A stretch of 63,489 bases of DNA, counting the filler, from Intoshia linei (lineage: Eukaryota > Animalia > Orthonectida), in NCBI GenBank assembly GCA_001642005.1. It is 6 parts of 6 records of this genome, joined end to end, with 100 filler letters (N's around TTAATTAATTAA, not from the genome) between each part and the next. Parts side by side here need not be neighbours in the genome. Positions count along the whole stretch, not along the records: positions 37,115 to 53,290 come from LWCA01000870.1; positions 53,391 to 61,261 come from LWCA01001512.1; positions 61,362 to 63,489 come from LWCA01002394.1; 3 more parts are not named here. One strand, given 5' to 3'. Within the stretch, counting starts at the first letter, position 1. Each line of letters begins with the position of its first letter. The notes beneath the pieces are model-generated. The model worked only from the letters and a program-made list of their open reading frames with translations, did no database searches and was not told the DNA's origin. Made by a program: the position numbers and the translations under genes. Below, one piece after another: positions 52,200-63,489 of this stretch.

Positions 52200-53290
52200 G
52201 CGGTGTCACCCACGTGAATGCTTTCTATTTCTGCGCGTTTACTTGTGGTTTTTGTAGAAACGATTTCTATAAAGTTGGACTCCAATAACCACTCATGCAT
52301 TATCACAAACGTCTACGGCAAAATGGTTTATCTTTTTGATGTTAACCAGCACCTAGAATGTAAAATCTGCTATCAAGCGATGGAAATCAATCAACTACGC
52401 AGTACGACATCGACAAACATACTACATACGCTCAGTTTCATTAGAAAAACCGATCTACAAGAGAATATGAAGTGTGAAATTGATTTCAAAAGTGCAGATT
52501 CAAAATAAAAATTCGAAATTGAGGAATTAGTGATGTGTCCAATATGAAGAAAATAAAAGCATTGCAATTGATGTTTATTATTTAAAAAATGGAACTGCAG
52601 CCACAATTTTCTGTGTTTTAAAAGATAACATCGATATGTATGATGTAGCAGAAAAAATATTTGAAGGATTATATGCGATACATGTAACGTTAATACAGGG
52701 AAAAAAATGGGGTGATAAAAATGTTAAATGATAACGTATTGTGTATCGGTGTCTATCAGAAGTTGATCCTTTTTATTTATATCCACATTTGTACCACCAA
52801 CTTCAATCAGTTAATAATTAAGTGAACAGTGTTCCTAGATACCGGAGCTTTATTATTAAATTCAAGTATCCTGGGCCAATATCAAATGCGAGATGGAATG
52901 CATAAGCAATTTATGCAGTAAAGGCATATTTGTTAGGAATACGTAACTCAAAAATGATTGAAGCATGCGATTTTATATTATTATTGGGTGAAATCCTTGA
53001 CTTGTAGGTAAACCTAATATTTTCATTATAGAATAGAAAAATTATAATAATTTTAGATATTCAGATATAGCCGATTGGGGTGATTTAGACATTTTTTTAG
53101 ATGGAAAATATGTTTCAGCTAGTAAATGTATTCGTCGACACTGTAATGTGAAATCAAAGCCTATGAAGGTAGCATTTAATAATGAGGTACCGGAACGCGC
53201 TCTTGCACAAATGGAAATCTTAAAAACAACAGTTCAAACTGATCAAAAATTAAAGTTAAAACTTTTGTCAAAATTCAATAAATTACCAAA
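52200..53290 (+). pseudogene. Decayed DNA-transposase-like sequence, family unassigned
   Basis: FKYPGPISNARWNA*AIYAVKAYLL and NNEVPERAL recall the PG..ARW..AIY / ND.AERG motifs of a widespread invertebrate transposase group; many disruptions. Confidence 0.45.
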
Positions 53291-53809
53291 NNNNNNNNNN
53301 NNNNNNNNNNNNNNNNNNNNNNNNNNNNNNNNNNTTAATTAATTAANNNNNNNNNNNNNNNNNNNNNNNNNNNNNNNNNNNNNNNNNNNNAATATATTGC
53401 TTAAGAGCAACGAATTTTCACTACGCGCAATTAAAATTCAGATGTGTGTGGCACCCTAATGTACACATTTTATGCAACATACACATTTTAAAATGGAACC
53501 ATCAGTTTTGCCAGACATTTAAAGAGGTTTAAGAGGAATTTTTAACTAATCTTTAAAATGAGGTACTTTGCTTTACATAATGATTACTTTTTTGATATAT
53601 CACCCAAAAGACTAATTTTTGGATTAGTTGAAAAAATCCCCTAAACCCCTGAAAGTGACTGAAAAATGAAAAATGAAATGAAAAAACCTGCAAACCTTGC
53701 GACTTGCAATTAAATGACGCAAAATCTAAAATAGATTGGATAACATGACAAAAGAAAAAACCTTTGGTTAAATATTTGTATTTTAATGAATAAATACAAG
53801 AATATTTCA

Positions 53810-54017
53810 CTCGCTTCCTATCAATATCATCATGAGACATGAATATTTTTAATTTCATTAAACTAATAATAAGTCTAACAATAGAAGCCTTATCAAGCTG
53901 ACTACTAATTTCAAAAGGAATCGGAATAATCTTAGCTAAAGCTTCAAATTCGTAATTTTCCTTATTCCGTCTATTCCTAGCTGCATTTCTACTTTTTTCT
54001 TTACGCTCAACAAACAT
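53810..54017 (-). CDS. trh: bHLH exon of a trachealess/NPAS1/3-type bHLH-PAS factor (PAS exons lost beyond the gap)
   Basis: [52 protein letters not shown]. The donor position is uncertain and sim is not fully excluded. Confidence 0.8.
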
Positions 54018-54269
54018 GAAAAATAAAACGTTGAGAAATTGAAAAAATACAATTATAATAAAAAACTAATTGTAAATTATATACAAAAATATACAGTGCG
54101 TGATCAAATTGAAAAATTAGATAATTTTCAATTTCTAAGAAAAACAAATCAATAAAATTGATGTAAATTTGCGATTTTGACGGATAAAATGATAAATTTT
54201 AAATTTACATAATTAATTAAATTATAAATTTAATTTACATGAAATGAATAAACTAACATTTAATACTAC

Positions 54270-57200
54270 CTAAAACTCGGTAAAATTGATGTCATTTAAC
54301 CGACAATAATATTTTGAAATTTCATCTTTAAATTCGGATATAGTTAAATTTAAAATATTGTCAATGTGTAATTTATTTTCATCGGTATCTTTAATAAAAG
54401 TTTCATGTGAAAATTCATTTCTTTTGCCATATCCAACAGAATAAAATATATTGTTGACTGAAAAATAATAATTTAAAAGTCTGTAACATTCCAAATCAAT
54501 TGTAAATGGTTTTGGTGATATTATGAAGCAAACATTTTTAGCAGATTGAGTATTCTCAAATCCGGCAAATGTATTATATATTTCAGAAAAAGCAACAGTT
54601 AGAGTCCCTTGTTCTGTTCCACTGTATATTAGTTTAGAAGATAGATTGTCTACGAGTTCGGATCCAACTGGCGCCAAGGGAATTATCCATGTTATATTAT
54701 TTGAAAAACTTGCTATGCCTATATTTAGATCATTGTCATTAATAATAATTTCCTGTATCAGTTGTTTTAATACTTGAACCATTTTATTCCAATTTTCTAA
54801 GCTTACGCTTTGCGATGTGTCCAGGAACACTACAATGGTTAGCTTGTTGAAACATTCTAAAATCTTTTATATTTATTTATTTTTTTTTACTGTTTTCACA
54901 ATTTTTTCCGTTGTATCCGGTCCCACCGCAATTACTTATGTATGATAACTTGCATATCCCGTTTTGACGGCATGTTCTTATTTGACAAATATCGTATACT
55001 AAAATTGGGTAAATTATTCATTTGGTGCACTTACCTCTATCACACTTTTCTCCTACTTTATTTGGTGGACAATCGCAGGTGTATTGTGTTTCTTGGGGTA
55101 CGCAAATTTTTTCTCTTGGGCATTTATTGTTTTTACAGGGATTCTTTTCTAATTAATAAATTAAATGTAAACTCTTGATGAAGAAAGCTGTTTTTGTGGT
55201 CATTAAACTAGCGTTCCTAATATTTGCCCATTTTTCATTTTCGTAACAGTTAAAATGTGTCAACTTAAATTAAAGTATAATTTGAAAGAGGATATTTGAA
55301 AATATTTTTGGAAATATAAAATACAACTTAAAAAATACGACATTTGGATGATTGGATCTGAATTTACCATGTTTGGACCGAAAAATTAAGTATAGGCCCT
55401 AGCCAGAGGTGGGCAAGCATCTACTGTTCGAAGGCCGCACTAACGGCCCAAAAATTAATAAGGTCGCATCCTTCTTAATAAAATGTAATCAAATTCAGCA
55501 GTGCTTCTCATGGGGATGGGGATGGTCATCCAAGAGGTTCATAATTTTATTAGGGGGAGAATATGAAAATTTTAGATAATTGGGGTGTATGATACATTTT
55601 TAACATTTTATTCAATTTAATAAAATCTTATGAGAAAAAACCAAAATTTTCCCAACCCTTAAGGAAAAATTCCCTTTTACAAATATTTTTTTAGATTAAT
55701 GTCCATTTGCGATGGGATTTTTGGAAAGATTAAATACAACTTAACAAATACAAAATTTGGATGATAAGTTCTAAACCTAACATGTTCGAGTCGAAAAATT
55801 AAATATAGACCCTAGCCATATCTAAACTCGCCTCGAATTAAAGTTTAAATTTGGACTCTGAATAGTTTTGATGTTGAAAAATATAATTTTTTAAAATCAT
55901 AATATATATAAATTAATTTGGAAAAGTTAGACCCAATTCTACAAAAATTTCGTCAATACTTCTACTATTGAGAGGTTTCGGGTACGGTAAATTCTAAACG
56001 CTACGCTAAACCAGCCATTTCCAACGGGGTCCACATCAGTTTTTTAGGCTCCATGAAATATTTTATAGTTATATTATTTAGAGAAATAAAAAAGTAAAAA
56101 ATGATGGTAATTATTTAAAATTAACACCATCTAATTTAATATCATTTTACCATTAAGACAAATTTAAGTGAATATGTATTACATACTCCGTATAAACGTA
56201 AAAACATTAATTCTATATCCTGTACAAATGTGTAATTGTATAAAATAAAATATCTGTCTGGGTGTATGTCTGTTACCTTATATTTAAAAGATGAAAAGTC
56301 TTACAATGTAAAAAACTCAATTTATAATACAGTGATTCCCAGGACGTGTTTATATCTATTTTTCAGTTTCGGAATTTGAGTCCTTCAGGGTCAAAAACTC
56401 AATTTGCATTTATGTTTAAAAATAAAATCATCCTACAAAATTAATAAAACATAAATTTTAAGACGCGTTTTAAAATCATTAACATTGTCGTAAATCTTAG
56501 CCTCAGCAACGCATACCTCATGGTCAAAACCCCAATTACCCTTTTTTTTAAAAAGTAAAAAAGTCGTAAAATTTTATAAAATATAAATTCTGGGATAGTT
56601 TTTAATACCATAAGTATTATAATATATAGCAACCTCAAAAAAGTGCATTTTTACGATCAAAATCCCAGATTTCCCTTTTTTTAAAATGTAATGATGAAGC
56701 AAATGTATATGTAATGATTTCAAACGCGTCCGAGGATATGTGTTTTTTTAATTAAATGAAATTTGCGTTGCTGCATCAATCTTGAAAAACTGTATTACCA
56801 ATTTGGCTTATTTGAAATAAATTTTAACATCCAAATGTAAAATTTTATATCAGTAAATGATGTAATGTATATAATTTTTTTCGGGTCGACAGATTTTTTT
56901 CAATACCATCGTAAGGGTCTACAGTGAGAAAGGGTTGAGAAATCGTGCGCTAAACGGTCATGACCATGGTCATAGGTATTTCTCAAACCGTGTGCCGTTA
57001 AGCAATTTTAATTAATATATAATTACATATTATATAGTATCGTAATAATAATAATTGCATGTATATTTAATAATATGAATAAAATGAGTTACTAAGATGA
57101 CAATTTTCGCCTTCATATAAAAGGGGACAAATGCATTTGAAAAAGGGACTTTCAAGTAACTCAATACACTCTCCACCATTTATACATGGAGTTTTTGTTC

Positions 57201-60168
57201 CGGTTTTGCATTGCAATTCTAAAATAATAAATCATATCAAAATCGTTCATTTACAATGTTAATGTTACATATTACGCTTTGAGTAAGATGCTCGTATTGT
57301 TGATATTATAAACAGAATTTATGTTTACAGAATGTCTGAAATATACCAATATTGTGTATATTAACTGATCAATTAAAAAAAATGTTAATTTATTGAACTT
57401 TCCTTTTGTTGACGCTTTAAACGTAATAAACAAAATAATTGTATTCCAATTTATGAGGTCATTAATAATGAGTAATGATAATTATTATTAATGACTATAC
57501 TCCTCAATATATACGTATGACTAACATTCACGATATGGTTTTTTAATTTTTCATTAATATATAATATATAAAAAAATATCAAATACCCTCACCAGTAGAT
57601 CTCAACATGGATCGCGAATGCGTAGAAAATTTTTTAAAATTTAAAACTACATTTTATTTTATTGATACTTTTTAAAAATAATCATTTAAAGTTTAAAATG
57701 ACTGAAACAATCTTAAATTAATAAAAACTTTTACCTAAGTTCACAGAAACTAATTTTATTAAATTCGCAATAAGTTTAATAGTTTGAAAACCAAATATAC
57801 AATTACACAATACCGTTATCATCAATGACGACTAATCATGCCTGTTTGTTTATGAAATTATCAAAATTAACCTTAACTTGACCTGATGACATTTATTAGT
57901 GATATTATGATGATGATATTAATTATAATTTTTTTTAATTATTTACCTCCTAAATTAATTTTTAAAATTTTACATAATCAGGAAAATGTTTACTTATTTG
58001 GCAGTATTGTCCTTGATATATGACTGACAAGCATTTACATTTAAAACTGTTTGCGTCAATTATACATCTGCCTCCATTTATGCAAGGTTTATCATCGCAA
58101 GGCCTATAAGCTAAAATAATATATAAAAAATAGTTATTAATTTCTTAGTTTAAATAAAAAATACAAACATGGTACAATTCAATTATTTGCAATTATTTAA
58201 TATAAATCAATTAATTGATTTTTTATAATAATTTTTACCAATTAATTAATACTATTCAATAAATTTAAAATTTTAAATCCGTTAATCAGAGCCGAAAACT
58301 TACCAATCTCGAAGCCACCCGATAATGAAAAATTTGTCCCTAAAAAATTTTTTCACAAACTATACATAGTGTCACATACTTCCTAATGTCTTTTGACTTG
58401 ATATTTTAAATTTAACACACAGAACAGTGATGATATTCAATTATATAGTTTTTCTAATGCTTAATTTGGAAAAATGAGGCCTCATTTTACAAAAATTTCG
58501 TCGAGGCCTCCGAAGTTTTGTTCGATACTGTCGTTAATAATGACTTGGAATGTATATACAATATATATAAATAATAATAAATGTATATTATTAATATAAT
58601 ATTTATAATCACATTGTATTTAAAAACAAATTAGTAAAATTTGTATTGATAAAAGAGCACATAAAGTACAAATATATAAATTACGTTTATCACAATGCTT
58701 TCCTTGGTATAATCCATTGCATAGACATTTATAAAAAGGTTCTTCATATGTTTCGTCACATATTCCGTGATTGTTACAAGTATTGGCCTTGCAGATCAAT
58801 TCTATCATAATATTAATGAAAATATATCAGAAATCTTCAAACTTTCATAAAAGTAACAAATAAAAGTTAAACTGATACTTATTGATATACTGATTATAAG
58901 ACTGAAAAGTTAAAATGTGATGGCCACATTTCCCACTTTTCAACAATCATTTATGTAAAATGTTTAGTAGACCGTTAAGCAAAAAATATTTTAATTAGTT
59001 TATATTGTATAAATTAATTAATTTGTTTAAATTTTCAGTATATCGATCAATATTTCAATGCATTAACTATTCAATGGAGTTATAAATAATTAAATAATTT
59101 ATGGCCAAAAATCCCAATAAATGGTTCAATGAATTACCTCCTAAATTGAAAAATAATGAATGTTACACACAAAAATACTCTCTTCACAATGAGGTCCATT
59201 TAGTGGTTTGACACATTCACATTCATATCCATCTTTTCTTATCCAGCATTTACCACCATTCTTACATATATCCTTCATGCATACCTTTGAAGCTAATAAT
59301 AATTTGTAAATAATATTTTACAAGTATAAAAATGATTGTATTATTAACCGGTTAAACGTGTTATTATTAATTATTAAAATTGTGAATTACATATATCGCA
59401 TTTTTTCCCGCTAAACCCTAAAGAACATTCACAAATATAATAAGGAACTTTTAATATCGCATAACAAGTTCCATCATTGGAACATGGATTTGGAGTACAT
59501 TTATCTAATAAATATTAAATAATTAATTGACAGACGATGAACCATCTAAAAAAACAATCAAAATAAATGATTTGATTGATACTAGTTTCGCATGTTAGAC
59601 CCTTGAAAGGTTTGTTGCATTTGCATCTAAAAGTCTCTCCATTTACGATACATTTCCCTCCATTCCTACAGGGATTTGGCTTGCACTTGTTTGAGTCTAG
59701 ACAAAAATATATTGAGAAAATTAAAACGAAACAATATTCGCATTTTGCGCCATTATACCCATTTAAACATATACACTTGAAAGAATTGATTTGATCGATA
59801 CACAAAGAATCATTCACACATTGATTGGGTATACAATTATCGTATTCTAATATATTATATATCCAATTTTGCACACTCGATTACCCAATCCACACAGTTT
59901 ACCATAAAAACCATTATTACAATGACAATATTTTGATCCCGCATCATTTTTAATAACTTGACCATTAATACATCTCTGATCAATGACTTTAAGAATATTC
60001 AATGTAGTTTCCTCTAAAATCTATGTTCAATTAGTAGATAAGAATAAAGTCTACCAGTGTCGCAAAGATATCCCTGATATCCATCTGTGCATTGGCATGT
60101 AAAATACGGTGATTCCAGCTTTGATAAACACGGCGCATTGTTACTACACGGATTCTGTCGGCATGCAT
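54270..60168 (-). CDS. Extracellular protein with at least 11 EGF-like repeats and a C-terminal vWA domain (5' end missing)
   Basis: Single-EGF phase-1 exons starting at about 60168, 60013, 59846, 59697, 59504, 59292, 58801, 58109, 57217, 55146 and 54998. The last exon 54856-54270 has VVFLDTSQSV (MIDAS DxSxS) and NIGIASFS. Confidence 0.85.
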
Positions 60169-60584
60169 CTTAAATATCTATTTTAACTTTGTAAAATAAT
60201 TGGTACCATATATGAAGGTAATTTGACCGTATTTATTTTCTAAAAATATTATTACTAATTAATAATATAACGGCTTAAATAATTACGAATATTTGGTATA
60301 AATAGATACAGATATAACAATTTAAGTATTGTATCAATCATTTGAATTTAAAAAATTTAAATCCAATAAGGTTCAAATGTAAATATTTAGTTTATAAATA
60401 AATGTCATATTTAGAAAAATATAAGTACCTATCAAATTAAATTTAAATTTTCATTTTTTCGTGAAATTTATTAATCTACGTAATAGACAACTATATGCAA
60501 TTTATAATCTCATCTGACGGTAGTGAACACTTTATTACAAAAATACATGTATCTTGCTCAATATTAGACGAAATCGATTATAAT

Positions 60585-61261
60585 CAAGGATGTGAGTTTT
60601 TCTGGTACCCGCATGGGCTTGCTGGTTTTTCTTACCAGCATTAAAAAAAATGGTACCCGCACAATTATTTATAATCGAAATTTTAAATTAATAATTTGTA
60701 GTGTTATTTCTATTTCCAATAAGATAGAAATAATAAAAGAAAATTAAAGTTAAATGATTAATACAGTACATATAAATGTATATATTATGGTAGTGTCAAT
60801 AAAATAAAATATTTCCCAATTGTATCGAATAAACAATTGATCATTCAATTTTTCTGTGGATAGATTTGCTCTTAGATAATTATGAAATTGACGATGTTTC
60901 GAAAAGGTTCTTTCAACTGAAGCTTCGGTTAATGGCATTTTACATAACATTCTGAACAAAATGTTATGCACTGGTAATTTTTCAAATGATATTTTCAATC
61001 CTAATGCTAATTTTTCTTGTATATTAGATTCTTTTACTTTAAATTCATTGAATTTTTCATTTATTAATGCAGTAGAAACGCAGTTATTGAAAATATTGTC
61101 GTCTAAATCGCAATTTTCAGTTAAAATATTAATGCTATCATAATTAAAAAAATATCGAAAATGTCTAATAATTATTTCAATGTTACTAGTTTCAAACATA
61201 ATCCACCTATTTCGCAAATTATTAATAGTTGAAATTGATAATAAAGATGTTATTTCATCAA
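60585..61261 (-). mobile_element. hAT transposon 3' end
   Basis: MPLTEASVERTFS...LRANLSTEKLNDQLFIRYN dimerization domain; terminus CAAGGATG with repeated subterminal GGTACCCGCA. Confidence 0.8.
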
Positions 61262-63489
61262 NNNNNNNNNNNNNNNNNNNNNNNNNNNNNNNNNNNNNNN
61301 NNNNNTTAATTAATTAANNNNNNNNNNNNNNNNNNNNNNNNNNNNNNNNNNNNNNNNNNNNAAAATACTGAGTAAAATTAAATGCACATTATGTTATATG
61401 TATTTATATAGTATATTACATACTTTTATAATATTATATATATTATTATTATAATTATACTAAGTACTTTTCACTATAACAATAGGTTAAAAACTAGTCA
61501 AAATACTATATTAATGTATTATTCCACATTTAGAGTGTTGCATGTGGATTAAATTGCTTATTTTTTATGACAGTAGACGGAAAAATGTATTTATACGAAT
61601 CAGGTAATAAATATCTATAATGACATTGTTAATTTTTAATTATAAAATTAAATACAATAAGTAGATCTAATTGTATATTAAAATCAAAAAATTGTACTAA
61701 ATATCATCTTATACTATTATAATTATTATAACTGATATCATCGTAATAAATATAACATGAACCACTTATACTTTCATGTTATACATGTATGATATAACTA
61801 AGTGTTAAGTTAACTGTTAAGTTAACCGTTTTTTCGCATAACATTAGTGCTACTCCAAAAAATTTTATTAAATGATTTAATTTAAATGATTTTACGATAA
61901 AAATTATCCCCACTTGTATATAAAATTCTTTGTTTGTCTGAATGTGTTATATCGTCTATTTCAATAACTAACAGTTCTAGAACATTAACAATCACAAATT
62001 CAAACTCAGATTTTTCCGGGGGAGAGAATAGGATAAATTTCAATTTCAGAAACTTACATGTTATTGGTAAATACCCCCATTTATCCTTTTTTTTTTTTTA
62101 AATCAGACGAGTCTTATAACTTAAAAAAATATAAACTCTCATATAGATTTTAAAATCATGAACAATATCATAAATTTTATAATTCAGAAAGATATATCCT
62201 CACGGACAACACCCCAAATTACTTTTTTTTTAAAAAATTAAATTTTGATACAGTTATCTCAAGTTAACACACAAGAAAATTTTTTTTCTCACAAAGTGAA
62301 GCCTTTATCGACTATTCTAAAATGTATTAATAAAAATTATTATATAAATGAAATATTTTTAGATATGAAATGTGATAATGAGATGTCAATTTTAGAGAAT
62401 ACAGAATTAGTATTAAGGTTTATTTTAGTACATTATTTTAACTAACATATATTCAATGTTAATTAAACTTTGTTTAATACTTAAGTTTTTAAACTACGGT
62501 ACAAAAAAAACTCAGTAAAACTAAAACTAAGCAGTCATTAAATAACTCAGTACTTTTTACATAAGTTGAACACACTACACTGTACCTTGTATAATATTCA
62601 ATATATTGTTTTAATTTTAATTGTTTCAAAATGGGTGTGTTAATTCAGTGATTATCAAGTGAAGGTGGCCTTAATTCTGTATTATTAAGTATTTCTGAAT
62701 TTTAAACTTTTTCCCTTGCTTTTGGTACTTTGCAAAAGATACTAATATCCAGGCATAAAATTACTCTTAACTACATGGATGTAATTTAAAATGTCATAAT
62801 TATTGATTCATTAACTTTTGACCGACATAGTTATATATAATTTTAGAATTGATAAAAAAGCCCAATATCATAAATCCACTGATTCAATTCAGTTAGGAAA
62901 AGTGAAACTGTACTATTCCGGATGTATGTTTGTAGTGGACACTAGTTCACATTATGAATATTCAAATATGGCTAAAATGAAAAAAAGGTATGAATTATGA
63001 TGATAAACGAAAAATATGTATTTTAATATTTTAAAATACAGTGAAGTCTTACCATAACGTCATTTATGATAACAATGTGTGGTTCAATTTGTACACTTTC
63101 TCAAGGACAGCTTAAATATGGACGGAATACGAGACATTCTAATAAAAAAGATTGTAGGCGGGATTTTTTTTGCTGTAAGATTATTAGGTAAGTGAATAAC
63201 TTGACAAAAAAATAATTTTAGGATATTAGAAGGGTTATTAATCAATCAAATTGTAAAAAACTTGATATTTTCAGTTTAAATGAAGTTATCATCCACAATG
63301 TCCACAATGTTCAAATCCACTTCAGTAATGTAATCTGAAATCTGAAAATGGTTTTGAAATTGAATAAAAGTGTAACACTGCATCTAATTGACTCCATTTA
63401 TTCATTTTCCGATTGAAACCTAACATGGAATACGAAATAACAACCTTGGAGCTATATTTAAAAGCCCTGATTACCCTGAATTGTCTGTC

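Noticed and set aside
18016-54017. Developmental transcription factor cluster (evx, Mxd, trh)
   Set aside because: The genes lie on different segments separated by artificial spacers and are interspersed with housekeeping genes.
54270-60168. Notch, Delta or Crumbs assignment
   Set aside because: No LNR, DSL, laminin-G, TM or ankyrin region; the array ends in vWA.
62849-63188. Two exon-like blocks with good splice sites
   Set aside because: Joining them gives an early stop and no recognisable domain; possibly a real gene fragment but not supportable here.

Overview
AT-rich eukaryotic (metazoan) DNA in six segments joined by five identical 100-nt artificial spacers (N44-TTAATTAATTAA-N44), so adjacency across spacers is unproven. 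Genes are spliced, and many introns are only about 36-46 nt, so the ORF track misses most real exons. Compact introns, divergent proteins and bilaterian-type regulators suggest a reduced parasitic animal such as an orthonectid (Intoshia-like); this is inference only. Genes reconstructed by eye: a divergent exportin-7/RanBP17-like fragment, PDIA3/ERp57, even-skipped (Evx), a VPS10/sortilin-like membrane protein, a Mad/Mxi bHLH, a ZIP zinc transporter, a clan-2 cytochrome P450, a cytosolic sulfotransferase, the 3' part of a USP36/42-like deubiquitinase, the bHLH exon of trachealess/NPAS1/3, and an EGF-repeat plus vWA protein. Long introns and intergenic DNA are full of mobile DNA: a Ty3/Gypsy remnant with gag downstream of pol, pogo/Tigger, Tc1/Tc3, hAT, Chapaev3-like elements, many MITEs and an abundant non-autonomous Helitron family. 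No rRNA, tRNA or CRISPR was seen. All family calls come from motif recognition, not from database searches.
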